Assembly: GCA_011109175.1 (NCBI GenBank)
Contig: RDEW01000012.1
Span: 1,277,220 to 1,341,219, forward strand
Length of the DNA: 64,000 nucleotides
Source of the DNA: Dicyema japonicum
Lineage: Eukaryota > Animalia > Dicyemida
Direction of reading: 5' to 3'
Position 1 is the first letter of the stretch. Each line of letters starts with the position of its first letter. Under the pieces are notes generated by a model. That model saw only the letters and a list, made by a program, of their open reading frames with translations, made no database searches and had not been told where the DNA came from. The translations under genes and the position numbers were made by a program. Shown piece after piece: positions 11,341 to 24,289 of the stretch.

Positions 11341-14300
11341 GATAACAACAACAGACTTTACGCTTTAATTGATTTATTTTATTTCAGCATTAAATAATTT
11401 TTATTATAAATATTATAATTTTTAAATTAATGTTAACTACCATAGAATAATTTTATGTTTCTTAAAAATGATTTACTTTTTTATTAACCTTATGTATTAT
11501 TCTATGCCTGGTCAAGCGAACGTTATTGTTCTGACATATGCGTATTTTATTTAGAATTTCGGTTTCTTTCGTATTTTTGTCCTCTTCCTTTTTCTACTAT
11601 AGTTGCTTCATGTGATTCAGCTGTCTAGTTTTCGTCCAATGTCAGAATGGAAAGAAAAAAAAGAATTGCTCTCACACATTCGATTCGAGGAATTTTCATA
11701 ACAACAAAGAATGCAATTATTCAATAGTAGAGTTTTGAATCTATTGTATTTTTCTACGTTGGTTATTGATAAGAAAGACACAAGGCAACACAGCTTATTT
11801 CATAGTTGTTGTGATAAATTACCTGTAGATAATTTTCAAGCTTTCTTTGTTATGACCAAATGACGTACATGAAATGACCTGGAGAAAATTAAGTTTCTGA
11901 GATTTTTCGCATTTATACATGTTTTAAAAATAATGATGAAATATCAAACCTAACTCCTAGTATTTTATAATGGTTAATTCCAAGAACAACACCGTTATTT
12001 AGAAACAACGTTGATTTCATTTAAATTGAATATTATTACTAGTTAAACCGTTATTGAATAATTTTTTTTCATTTTGGTCAATGAAAGTAGATTTTGTCAA
12101 TATGTTTTTGCTGGAACATATAAAAATAACAATATCGTTTTGATGTCTTAACTGATAAATAAAAAGTCCGACACAAGCTGTAATAACTGAGTTATTGTTG
12201 TGTTATTTGACGTTCCTGATTTCTGATCTCATTAGAACCGCTCCGAGGTCCTCATGCAAATTTCGCGGTATATGTCTGACTTGAAACTAGCATCGATAAC
12301 AAACTTGTTCTTGCTAGCTAATAATAGACAGAATTCATGGAATAAAGTGGAGACATATAGCTATCGCCTCATAAGATACGACATTTTGAGGCTACGTACG
12401 AAAAATATCTTATCTTCGATATGGTACAATTCATAGGAGCATCATAAACTCTATTAACGAAATCAAACAGAAAATAATTTATGGGAAGAAATAGTCGTTG
12501 CTTTTTCTACAGAGCTCAGCTCAAATCGGTAATTAAATCAAGATGGAGACTCTTTGGCCACGTGTTACGTCTAAATTACTAGGTCCATGCAAATTCAAGT
12601 ATCCAAATCTTTGTTGTATGTTAGATTTGTGTTGCCAGATTTTTATTTTATGGTGTTAACCCAAGTGGTCTTGTTTCATGTGAGTGCTTAGACAAGTGTT
12701 GTATAACAGTAAGTTGAAAGCATTGCAAAATTGTATCAGTGACTCTCCATGAAGGATATGACAATTTCTTCCGTGTGCTCCAATGCACGTTTCCCCTAGT
12801 TTGGCTTTTGCAGGCCTGGCGTTCCAGTCCCCGGCTACAATAAGAAAGTAAGAAGATGTGAGTTGAGTAAAATGCATCCATCTTATCGAGATTTGTTAAG
12901 ACTCGTGCTCCGGTAGGGCATATACATTTATAATACACTGAGTTGATTTTATTTCCGCATTTGATTTGCAGCACGGGACACGGTAAGATACTGCCCACAT
13001 TCTTATAAGACATTTAACTGGTCCTGATAGATCGCAAATCTGAGACTACAATATCGGCAGGCCTATGAGTGTGTAAAAAGGCGGAATTTGCGAAACAGTT
13101 ATGTACATTGTACAGTCGCTTTTGGCTCATTTAGACAGCATAAAGAGATGTTGTATTTTGTTAGATGCATGACAGTTGATGCTTCTTGTAAGGTTGTTTA
13201 AGTCCTCTGCAATAAAAAGTTCCAACAATGAACGGAGAAATAGGTAAGGAAAACGAAAAAGATATAATGCAATAGAGACGTTTGTCACCCAAATAAGATA
13301 ATTATTTTAAAGTAGAGTTTTGAATCTTTTACATTTTTCCAACGTTTGTTATTGATAAGAAGAACACCAGACCGGAAAATCATAGTTCATGGTTTTTCTG
13401 ATAAATTGTATGTCGATAATCATCGAGCCCTTTGTTATGGCCAAATGAAGTAGCTGGAATGGTCAAGAGATTTTAACCTTCTGAGATTCTTATTGTTCTA
13501 TGGAGCATACCTAACATAAAATCAGCAAAATCTCGGAATAGGCATCTTAGTAACCCAGTGGTTATGTAATATTTTTTATAATATAAGTGTTGATTTAATA
13601 CACTTATGGTTTATAGGACCATATGAATAAGTTGCGATTTCGTAAATATAACTTTACTAATAATTGATTTAATCGAATATATTTGTTGAATCACTTACTT
13701 TTTTGAGCATATTACTTTATAAAATAATTAAGTTCATAAAATTTACATTAGCTAAACAAAATACCAATTACAGTTACAAACAAAAAACTATTTATTGAGT
13801 TAAATTTAAACTATTTGAATTAAAACAGTTTTCGCCCTACCAACAGGAAGCATTTGACATGAAGATTTTTAAATACAATATTTGCCTATCTTTATAAAGT
13901 TGTAACTTACTTTCCTGGCTTTTATGACGGTCATGAAAACTGATTCTCATTATCAACTACATACAATCAGGATTACTTAAAAAGAAAAAGTGCTTTACAC
14001 AATCTATAGAAAATTTATCACAACGACAATCACCAACACTTTTCCTGCACGGGGTCCATGTTTATCAATAACGAACCTCAAAAATTACAAGATTCGAGCT
14101 TTTTTGGAAGACAATAAACAAATCATGGGATTTAAAGGTTGAATCTCAATGTTGTGCATTCTTGTTGAAGGTTTCACATATTTACGATATTGTGGGTTTA
14201 ACGAGTGACAGCGTAATCAATTAATACATCACTTGCAATCATATTTTCTACGGTGAATCAAATGCTAAATATAGATTAAATAAAAGTAAAAAGTTAAGAA

Positions 14301-14612
14301 CATACGCTAATAACTGTTTTTACTCTAATAATATGTGTGTTCTCGATGAGTGAAGTTATAAATATTATCCCTTTCTCAGAAAACGCGTTGATTTTTATTT
14401 GATGCAGGAAAGCAAAACAAATACTAACGATTTCACAAACAAACTCTCATTTCAGAGAATTCAAGAAGGCAATAAGATCACATGAAAATTGGAAAAATTG
14501 TTAGTAAATTTCCAATGTTAGGACTTTTTTGGGCTTCAAATATGGATTAACGAAATCATTGAATAAAAAATCACAACAAATTAAAAAAGTAATAACAACC
14601 GACTTAAATAGA

Positions 14613-15151
14613 TCAATCTACTTTCGAAAGTAGATAATCAATTAACTCTTGGGGCCATTTTTCTCTCACGAAATCAAGCGTAAACTTCTCTGCATTTCTT
14701 GAATTTTGTCTTTAATTTATTTTTTAAAAATTACAATTTAATGTTAAAATAAAGCATTCCATCTGTTTTATCAAAAGATAAAATTGAAGAAATATCAGTT
14801 TTATTGCGTTTTTTAAGTATAGTATCCTTCTTTTTGTAATTCATCGATTTATTCGTATTATGACTAGAAAATTATTATTTTGAAACTTAGTATGCAAATT
14901 GTCTTTAGTTTTAGATCGTGAAATATTCTTTTTTTCTTCAAATTTAGTAACCAGGCGGATACAGTTCAAATTACAGAGTGGTTCCCATGTGTTTTCTTTG
15001 CTTTGATAAATGTATGTTAAATAAACTACCTTGAATAGCCGACCCATTTAACAAGATATCTCTTCTCTCCGTTTTTACTAATTTTTGAATCAATTATATC
15101 CTCGACCTCGAATTCATCTTCTTTAGAACTCTTTTTAGATTTAAATGGCAT
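14613..15151 (-). CDS. HP1/Swi6-like protein, copy D, intact, 153 aa
   Basis: Same length (539 nt) and GT-AG introns (29, 23, 25 nt) as copy C; open after splicing. Confidence 0.9.
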
Positions 15152-16149
15152 GATAACAACAACAGACTTTACGCTTTAATTGATTTATTTTATTTCAGCA
15201 TTAAATAATTTTTATTATAAATATTATAATTTTTAAATTAATGTTAACTACCATAGAATAATTTTATGTTTCTTAATAAATGATTTACTTTTTTATTAAC
15301 CTTATGTATTATTCTATGCCGGTCAAGCGAACGTTATTGTTCTGACATATGCGTATTTTATTTAGAATTTCGGTTTCTTTCGTATTTTTGTCCTCTTCCT
15401 TTTTCTACTATAGTTGCTTCATGTGATTCAGCTGTCTAGTTTTCGTCCAATGTCAGAATGGAAAGAAAAAAAAAGAATTGCTCTCACACATTCGATTCGA
15501 GGAATTTTCATAACAACAAAGAATGCAATTATTCAATAGTAGAGTTTTGAATCTATTGTATTTTTCTACGTTGGTTATTGATAAGAAAGACACAAGGCAA
15601 CACAGCTTATTTCATAGTTGTTGTGATAAATTACCTGTAGATAATTTTCAAGCTTTCTTTGTTATGACCAAATGACGTACATGAAATGACCTGGAGAAAA
15701 TTAAGTTTCTGAGATTTTTCGCATTTATACATGTTTTAAAAATAATGATGAAATATCAAACCTAACTCCTAGTATTTTATAATGGTTAATTCCAAGAACA
15801 ACACCGTTATTTAGAAACAACGTTGATTTCATTTAAATTGAATATTATTACTAGTTAAACGTTATTGAATAATTTTTTTCATTTTGGTCATGAAAGTAGA
15901 TTTTTGTCAATATGTTTTTGCTGGAACATTAAGGAAATAACAATATCGTTTTGATGTCTTAACTGATAAATAAAAAGTCCGACACAAGCTGTAATAACTG
16001 AGTTATTGTTGTGTTATTTGACGTTCCTGATTTCTGATCTCATTAGAACCGCTCGAGGTCCTCATGCAAATTTCGCGGTATATGTCTGACTTGAAACTAG
16101 CATCGATAACAAACTTGTTTTGCTAGCTAATAATAGACAGAATTTATGG

Positions 16150-16800
16150 AATACAGTTGAAACTCAAACACAGATACCTTGTTGATTATGAACATACAAT
16201 TTATCAAAAAATCATAAGCTTTGCTGTTCCCCGTTATCTTATCAATAACAACTATAGCAAAAATAATTGAAATACTTGTCATTAATGTGTTTCTTTGATA
16301 CACCAGAGAATTTTACGGATGTCCTGAAAAGTTTTCTTCTCCCAGACAACTTTCAAAAATATCAGCTGTTCATGCAGAACACTTATCTTTTTGTTAAAAT
16401 TGTATATGCACCTCAACTATTTTTCAACTTTACGTGGGATTCTCAGAGGACTCGTTATCCCCGGTCCTTTTTGTTGTATACCTTGAACCTACACTAAAAA
16501 TATGCAAGCCCTTGGTTAGAAAATTTATGACAATACATTTTATGCTGACGATCTAGACTTTTTTCTGAAGATACTAAATAGTTTTTATCCGTAAATCCCG
16601 ACGTAACTAAGTTTCAATGATTACACGAAGTGTCCGGAGCTCGAACTAGTCATGGAGTTGGCGTGCTTCTAGGAGACTGTGAAGATATTATTCGTAGGAA
16701 TATTTTTGACCAAATTTTGTGAGTACTATGGATGAGACTCTACATTGTTTTGCTTGGCCGATTATCTCTTGAGATTCTAAAGCCGCTGTCGTTTCTTATA
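16150..16800 (+). mobile_element. RTE-like LINE RT fragment terminating the array
   Basis: Around 16435-16560 reads DSLSPVLFVVYLEPTL...YADDLD (RT domains 4-5; one frameshift needed). Confidence 0.7.
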
Positions 16801-17145
16801 TAAAGCGTTAATCGGTGTCTGAATTGTTTGTACCTAGAATTTCTTAAAAGACATAATACAAGCGACTCAAATGACGATAGATTTTTTACTTAAAGCAGTC
16901 AATATAAAATAGAAGACCGAAGCAAAAAAATTGGACATCGAGAGCCCAACATTCCGGAATTCTTAAAGGAGACTTGTAACTTCTAGATCTAATCAGATGT
17001 AGTTAATTTGAAAAGATCCGATCGTAGTGTTATCACTGAGATGAAAGTTCAAAATGATTTTTGGATGCTGCTCGAGAGTATTAAAGGGATTTATCAATAG
17101 AATCTTGTGCCCGTTATTGACTATTGATCTGATAAACTCAATTAC

Positions 17146-19042
17146 TAGGGCAACCAATTACAATAAATTGCAATTAAAAATAATTTAATAAAAGTGCTAT
17201 AATTTTTTTCTGGTATAGTTAAAAAACGTGCTATAATTTTTTCTGGTATGGGTAAAAAGACTATTTTTTTATATTTTTATAGTAATTAATTATCAACAAT
17301 TAAACAAATATCAGTTGAGGAAGCCTGTTGCGTGGATTGCGAACGAGTTCCCTCAGAGTATGGCTATTCCAATCTTTTGTCTTAGCCATAACCCTTCTAG
17401 TTGATCCCTTTCTTTCTGGCATGCAATCTTCCGAGTTCTCTGCAAGAACTCAGCCGTCATTGGAACAACAGTTCCCGATGATTCGGTCGCAACAGGAGTA
17501 AATCGGTAGCGAAAAGACTATTTAAAAGAAAATTTCTTTTTATGCAAAAAAATTCCCAGAGTTTGTTATTAACGGAGAGGGGAATTTATTATGTTCCAGT
17601 TGTTCGACTGTTGTACGATGTGACAAAATACTTTTTGTAGACTCACATCGTTCTACAAAAAGACATTTGAAAGGGCACAGTATTTATCTGAGTTTAAAAT
17701 TATAGAAGAGTCCAACCTATCTCAGAGTTTACAAACATTCATTTCCAAGATAACGATACTCGAAAATCTCGGGCTATGAAAGTAACAGAAGCATTTTTGG
17801 AGGCAAACATCCCAGTTTACTAATAGAAAAACCTTTCTCTCATACGCCTTTTTGAAGATGAAACATATCATTTGCCACCCGAAATCAACGTGTAGGTCAA
17901 ATATAAAAAAATCTCAAAATGTAAATTAGATACTATTCAGAATCAATTAATGTTATTTTTTGAAGTTATTTAATAGTGGGAAATATGTTTTTCTAGTTCG
18001 TGATGAAACTCAAATCAACGGAACTCGCTTTTTAACTACTCTGAAATGGAAAATCTCCGCTCCGAAAAATCTTCATTTTATATCGTGAGCAACATACATT
18101 TTCCGCATATCATTTCAAGTAATTGTGTTAAAGTTGATGAAAACAATGAAAATATTTTCAATTGAACGTGAAAAGTTCGTCTTATTCGTCACAGATGGCA
18201 AAAGATATATGACAAGTGGTAGGAATAAATCTAAATTTAGCTAGGACATCAATGAAATTTTTATATCCAAATCTTTTGCACGTCACTTGTGATTTATATC
18301 TGTTACATAATTGTTCTCTAAGAATCCTACTTCACAGATGTTGATAACCTGATTTCTTATGTAAAAAAATCACGGTGAAGAACAAAAGAATCTAAAAAAT
18401 GTTCTCACAAATAGGAAATCTAGGGGAAGTTGCTGTCACAAGATGAGGAGGCTGGCGAAAAGCAGCCAAATATTACGCTCAGAATCTTTCAGATATTAGT
18501 AAATTATTCTCTGAAATTGAAGGAATGGTGTTTTGATCAAAAATGTTTCGATTCTTAATTGTTTTAGGCCAAAGAATTAGTCAATATTCCCACGTTGCTT
18601 TCAAGTTTAATCGAAATCAGTTAAAACTATTTGTTTTTAATTGGAATAATTTAAAACACCCATCTACTCAATAATTCAATTGAAAAATCTTATGCCGAAC
18701 TGAACATCATAGAATTTTAATCAGATCGGTGCAATATAGAAAATTAAATATCAAAAACGCTTTAGAAATCACGGATTCTAAGTAATCTTGATTTCTCAAA
18801 AAAAATCGCCAGCAATTATTCATACCTCCGAAATTCTAGCGGGAGCTCATCCTCTGTTAAAAGGGAGATATTTCTTTTGACGAAAATTTCTTATTAAAGA
18901 TTGAAACTTTAAAAATGAAAATATTCAAGAATATTTAATTTCGTATTAAAATAAATAGTTTAGTTTATTTTTCCATAATCAAATTTTTACACTTAAATTT
19001 TTTTTAATTTTTATTTAAAATTGCAATTTTCAGGATGCCCTA
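17146..19042 (+). mobile_element. hAT-superfamily DNA transposon (CGGBP1-like transposase), decayed; partial duplicate at ~52016-53737
   Basis: Ends TAGGGCAACC... and ...GGATGCCCTA are imperfect TIRs. N-terminal BED-like finger LLCSSCSTVVRCDKILFVDSHRSTKRH; KVTEAFLEANIP motif; C-terminal dimerisation-like remnant. No 8-bp TSD seen. Confidence 0.75.
17267..17511 (-). mobile_element. 5'-truncated CRE-like LINE 3' end inserted in the hAT ORF start
   Basis: Encodes ..LWLRQKIGIAIL.GNSFAIHA.GFLN* followed by an A-rich tail. Flanked by the 12-bp direct repeat AAAAGACTATTT (17255-17266, 17512-17523). Confidence 0.85.
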
Positions 19043-19147
19043 GTAGTTAAAAATGCAGCTCACATTACTCAGGATTATAGATATTAAGAAAGTCCTCGTA
19101 AACCTTATTTGTGAATTTCACAAATTATCTAATACAAAAAATGGCTT

Positions 19148-20029
19148 TTTCGATATTTTTATGGTACACTGACACATTAGGTAGGCCAACAAGTGTTGTG
19201 CATCGAAAGGAAGATTCGGTAGCTTAGGCGAGTTACTCCATACAATCCCTAACAGAATTCAGCATTTGGTAAATTTTATCATTTTCTGATGCCCGGAAAA
19301 GGACTTGGTTCATTTTCAGCGCTGCTCGATTGATCTCCTGTCTTATTGGGGATGAGCATCGTGCAACTTAAGGTTAAGCGATTAACATTCTTATTTGTAA
19401 ATTCCAGAAAGTAATTATTCCAGAACTATCCCGGTTAGGTTCTCGAGGCCAGCACATCCTATTTTTTGTAAAGGCTCAGTACAAATGAAGGCACCCTTCG
19501 CTCTAATTCTTTACCCAATAGGTGAGGTTATTCAGTTTGTTTCTTTCATTCTCAGATTTTCTCATGAATTTAATTTTTTGTTTTTTTATTTAAATGATAT
19601 ATTATTTGAAATGATTAGTTTTCAAAATATTTCAAGGAGAAAACTCAATTTGAGAAGATTTTTATTATATTCAGAAATTTATGATCGAAATTTATGGTAT
19701 TGATTGTTTAAAATTGTTGTATCAAGGAGAAATTCAATTTGAAATTTTTTTATTATATTCAGAAATTTTTTTTAACAATAAAATATTATTTATTAACTAT
19801 GGGGAAGAGCAGGTGCTGACATTACGGAGTAAGCGTTTCGCAAACAACTGAAATTCCAATTCGTTGCGTCAGCCAGACCGCTTCCTGCACGTCTATTTTA
19901 CTGTGTATTGAGAAATTTAAGATTTAAATTTACCGTATAATTGTTTAACAGTTATTAAGAGTTATAATAAATTAATATTAAATTTTAATAATTATTTTTT
20001 ATAACGGGAAACATAAAATAATAATAGAC
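19148..20029 (+). repeat. Left arm of a ~880-bp inverted repeat (partner 26008-26890)
   Basis: E.g. GGGGAAGAGCAGGTGCTGACATT at ~19801 versus AATGTCAGCACCTGCTCTTCCCC at ~26207. Homology can be followed across the whole arm. Contains an internal ~50-bp direct duplication. Confidence 0.92.
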
Positions 20030-20560
20030 ATCAGATTAAACAGGGTTTCATGCAATATATCGGTCGATGATCTGCACCAGAGTCAGGGTTGTCTAGCTTT
20101 GGGATCAAATATGTTGTCCCGGTGCAGGTCCAATCAGGAATCGTTTCCGAGTTAGTGATTTTATTCTGTTAATCACGACACATTGACTCGTGCAATGAAG
20201 TGCATTTTTTGTTAAAGAAATTATAAGGTTTATCGACCCCGGTCGTTTTACAATCAGGAATATGTCTCACTACCGCCACAAATTCTTCCGGAAATCGAAA
20301 ATTCCGCAAGATTCCGCCAAGAAAGGAGTGGCTCTATACGGGACATTCCACACATTTACTCTGTGTGGTTTATAAGGGACAGTCGAAATAACATGGCTTT
20401 TGCATCAATTCCCTGACAGTGGTACCTCATTAACGAGTCAATCCACAGTTAGTTTGCCTTAGAAAGGCAAATCGCCGTCCTTCATAACGTAAGTGCTATT
20501 CCTACCATTACTGGTCCTCATTGGACCTCATCCGGAAAGCATTAGGAATACATAGTTGAA
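20030..20560 (-). mobile_element. R4/Dong-like LINE fragment (RT N-terminal region); part is homologous to ~43280-43480 (+)
   Basis: Reads TGVDKPYNFFNKK...ETIPDWTCTGTTYLIPKLDNPDSGADHRPI, matching the G.D..YNF.IK...IP.W...G.TYLIPK....RPI pattern. Confidence 0.65.
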
Positions 20561-20994
20561 TAAATATAAGCTGATTTGGAATAATTTGTATAAAACTGGT
20601 TACTTGCTAAATAGTATTTGGTTTTTTAAATTACTAAGCAATTTATCAACAAGGTAACAGTTTAAATTAATTAAAAAACCAAACCAAAATAATGTGAATT
20701 ATTTAATATCTCGTTTATGGTAATTGGGTAATTCAATAACAAATTTGTTGTAAAATCATTATTTATTGCATAAACATTATTTTATCAGTGTCAATAATTT
20801 TTGGATGTAATATTTAATTTCAGATTTTCCCTATAATAAATTAATTTTTTAATATATCTAAGTCACTTTCCTCTTTTTATAAAAGCTTACCACCAACTCA
20901 TCCTTATCCCCTCTCTCCACGTTGAAATAATCAGTTTTTATCTTCAATTGGATATTCTCAATTTATTTTTAGTCAAATAAAATTAGTGGTTATA

Positions 20995-21070
20995 TAGCGG
21001 CTGCTCTGACTGCGTAGCTATTCCCTTTCAGGATAACGAGCGAGATTCGATCAAATAAACAGCAGGTAAT
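20995..21070 (-). mobile_element. Very short 3' tip of a second CRE-like family (other copies ~28135-28320, ~32390-32455, ~40370-40455)
   Basis: Family reads DPRE..WLFERISLAI.RG.SHAVRA*; the longest copy (28135-28320) extends to PLAMENSG. Confidence 0.65.
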
Positions 21071-21542
21071 TCACAATTAACAAATAGTATTTCACAATTT
21101 GGTAATAACAGAAATGAAATTTTCATTAAAGATCTTAATTCTGTTCTTGTGATCAACCAAATACTTTATAGAGATTTTTTCAACACGACTTATTTAATAC
21201 TAGTCCTTATAGCAATTTATTTGAATGAAATCCACCAAATAAAAATAAAAAATTTTAACAATGCGTGGAACTAGCACAATTCGATTATAAAATTCTTACT
21301 TTTTTTGCTTAACATATTAAGTAAATTAAAATCATTAAATAAAAAATTTAACTAAAATTTCTAAAACAAAATCGTTGAAATAACTACTAACCAAAAATTT
21401 CTTTCAATAATCTAAGTATCATAAACAAATCAATTATTGTAAGATTTTGTTGAACGTTTTTTTGTAGAATAAATATGCGTTGATTCTAAATATGACTGAT
21501 TGAATGTTATCCAAATTTTTGCTTGAATAACAGTTGCAGTTA

Positions 21543-22240
21543 TTATTTGTACAAAAACTTCTTAACAGCTGGATTAGCAGACTCAAAAAGTATCGGATTC
21601 AATTGCTGAAGAAATAACATGTAGTTGATATAATTTTGGTATTGAATAATTGGTAAAAAATTAATTGATCGATGAGTTTTATAAAAATCTGATTTCGTAA
21701 GTTCACTTACAGAAAACTGATTGTTGCAAGGTTTGTCGTTTGGAACATCCTCATTAAGAGTGTGTTCAATTTTGAAGGATTCAAGAATTGATCTCCAATG
21801 TATACCGGAGAGATTGTCTATTTTATTAGAAACAGCAAACCAGAATATTATTTTTATTTTCTACGACATTGAGTTTTACTTTTCTTATATGATCGACATT
21901 ATAATGATCGTTAATGGCTCCAGCATGTTTTGCCTTTATATGCATTTTCAATGTACTTCCTTGGCTTGATCTGTGTCCACACGTGCCACAAAAGTAAGGT
22001 TTTTCTTCTACAACTGAAAATTAATCGAAACTTGTGTGAATTCTCATGTGGACAAACATATTGCTGTAATGAAATGTCCTATATGTGCACAAAGCACATA
22101 AATAAGTTTTTTATTTTCGGCAAATGACTCTTCATTGGATTTTGGGAAATTTTATTTTCAAATTCTTCTGAATTTTTGTTACATAAATGTTTTGGTTGAC
22201 TGGATAAGATTCCTGAGGAAGTTCGTTTTGTGTAGAACAT
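21543..22240 (-). CDS. C2H2 zinc-finger protein (two fingers); one homopolymer frameshift; 3' exon structure uncertain
   Basis: YLCALCTYRTFHYSNMFVHMRIHT-K-EKPYFCGTCGHRSSQGSTLKMHIKAKH. The HTxEKPY linker is restored by a 24-nt GT-AG intron (22008-22031). An extra A in an A6 run (~22107-22112) separates the ATG at 22240 from finger 1. Confidence 0.75.
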
Positions 22241-23559
22241 TCCGCAAATATTCCGATTAATTAGAAATTAACGCAACTAATATTATAAATAACAAAAATT
22301 TCATTATCAAAGCACTTTAAATATTCTGCGGTTTTAATGCTATATTTGCTTGGAAACTCAGTACTTTTGAATATTTCACCACAAAAATTCCAGAAAATAA
22401 ATTCCAAGTAATATGAATCATGAAGCTTTTGGAGGTTTAAATTTGCTTAAATTAAAGATTACGTCAAAAATCTCTAAAATTAGTAGATCATAAAATTATT
22501 ACTATTCAAAAAGTAATCGGTCAAACTTTAATTAAAAAGATCAGCTTAAGAGATATTCCTAGTCGTATTTGATGTCTTAAGAATCCAACGTAGATGTCTA
22601 TAAGTGTTTTCTATATGGCACCAGCATGGAAAAATAATCCATTGGTCGGAAGACTTAAGGGTGATCTCCACATTGTAGGCAAAAGATGAAAATTGTGTAA
22701 CATTTTGTTATAAGTGTGGCAGAGTGGTCAACCAGACTACATGTGGATGCTTAGTGAGGCTGTGAGATCTATCCAAAGTACCCTGGAAAGCGCGTTCTTT
22801 GGCGCAGGTCGGATGAATTCTCTTATAGCACCTACAGAGCAAGAAAATAATAGTAAATAGTTGGAAAATCTTTTCAAGGGTAAAAATGTAGACACGTGAA
22901 AAAAATAGTTAGTATTTGTCTTTTTTGATAATAAATTTTTCTAAGGTAATAAATTAATCCAACTCGAATAAACTTAGGATCGAAAATCCATCTAAGATTA
23001 ACGCTATCATAAATACATGATTTTACACATTTTAAAATAAATTAAAAAATAAATCACGACACGACTCAGGGACCTCCTCGCGAAATGGAATGGTTATCAC
23101 ATCGTTTAGGATTAACAAAATCAATCGTCTCTTGAGAGTTGGAGTCTGATTTGTTGATTATGCTTTTGTTTGAATAAATTTGTTGTTAAAAATGAACATA
23201 AATAATTTTTATCATGAATTGATGACAACATTTAAAAGTTGATCAATTTATGAAAAAATGTTAATTTAAAATTATTTCATCATATTCAAACATAAAAATC
23301 GATTTAGCGATAAAATTATCATTGAGGTTATTAGATCCATTATTAACACATTCCCCAATTAAAGTACATGTTTTAGCTATAATTGACATTTATTCCGGTT
23401 GAGTACTTCCAAACTATTTTTATAAATTTTATTATATATTTTCACTCAATTAGCCACTACTACTATTAAAATGTAAATTAATTTTATTTCTTTAAAAGGG
23501 ATATTCTTATCATTTGACAATTGCTGACGTGCTAGTTTCTTGTTTGGCTAGCAAACAAA

Positions 23560-23940
23560 GAAAATGTTTTTACAAAGAAGAAGATATAATAGGATGTTTA
23601 CGTCTTAAACTACTTACATATAATACCAGAGTTACATCAGATATCTGGTCGAGTAGGATACGCAGCGATGGGTTGAATGTATGATGTTTTCGCACACATG
23701 TGAACATGTGAAGGGTGCGGAAAATATGCTAAACGACTTTTATTGGAAGCACTCAAAAACGTACAATGAATACGATTTTCCATACTGATATTTATTTCTG
23801 AAACATAAATTCGTTGAAATCAGCAGACAACCTGGATTTATTGACATCACTAGCTAACGATTGGGAGTAGCATCTAAAATTATGTCTGTTGCCTCACACA
23901 CGGAGCTATAAGTAATATGGCTCTGGTGAAAGTACTCATA
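23560..23940 (+). mobile_element. RTE-like LINE 3' end carrying the tail shared with the SINE
   Basis: LDLLTSLANDWE (RTE C-terminal DL..L..LA.DR..W-like) followed by CACACGGAGCTATAAGTAATATGGCTCTGGTGAAAG. Confidence 0.6.
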
Positions 23941-24289
23941 ATGCTTATCTTGCGGTCGAAATCAAAAATATTCAATATTCAATTAGCGGGTAAGCAAATG
24001 TACATTTTTTGACTTAATAAATTCAAAATTTTGACCATTTTTTGTCATTATGTCAAATTTCTTTAACTACAAAAGAAGCAACACTTTGACGAGAGCCATG
24101 ATACTTATACTTTCGCATGTGCAAGACACACATTTTATTTTTATAATGAAAACAGTTATTATAACTTAGTTTTCTCAACGAGGCGATTCGTCCCCCAGGG
24201 GAGATTTTTATTGGTAAGGAAGCGATTTTTTCTTTCCGCAGTGAGATATTTACTGTTGTCAGTTTTTTCTGACGACGTAATTGGAATCA

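Larger units (their letters stand above)
1..16150. repeat. Tandem array of ~3.82-kb units (4 full units + a partial fifth; probably continues left of the window). Unit = LINE relics + one HP1-like gene
   Basis: The same ORF recurs at 802, 4619 and 12254. HP1-like ATGs lie at 3701, 7523, 11340 and 15151 (spacings 3822, 3817, 3811). Homology breaks at ~16150. Confidence 0.97.
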
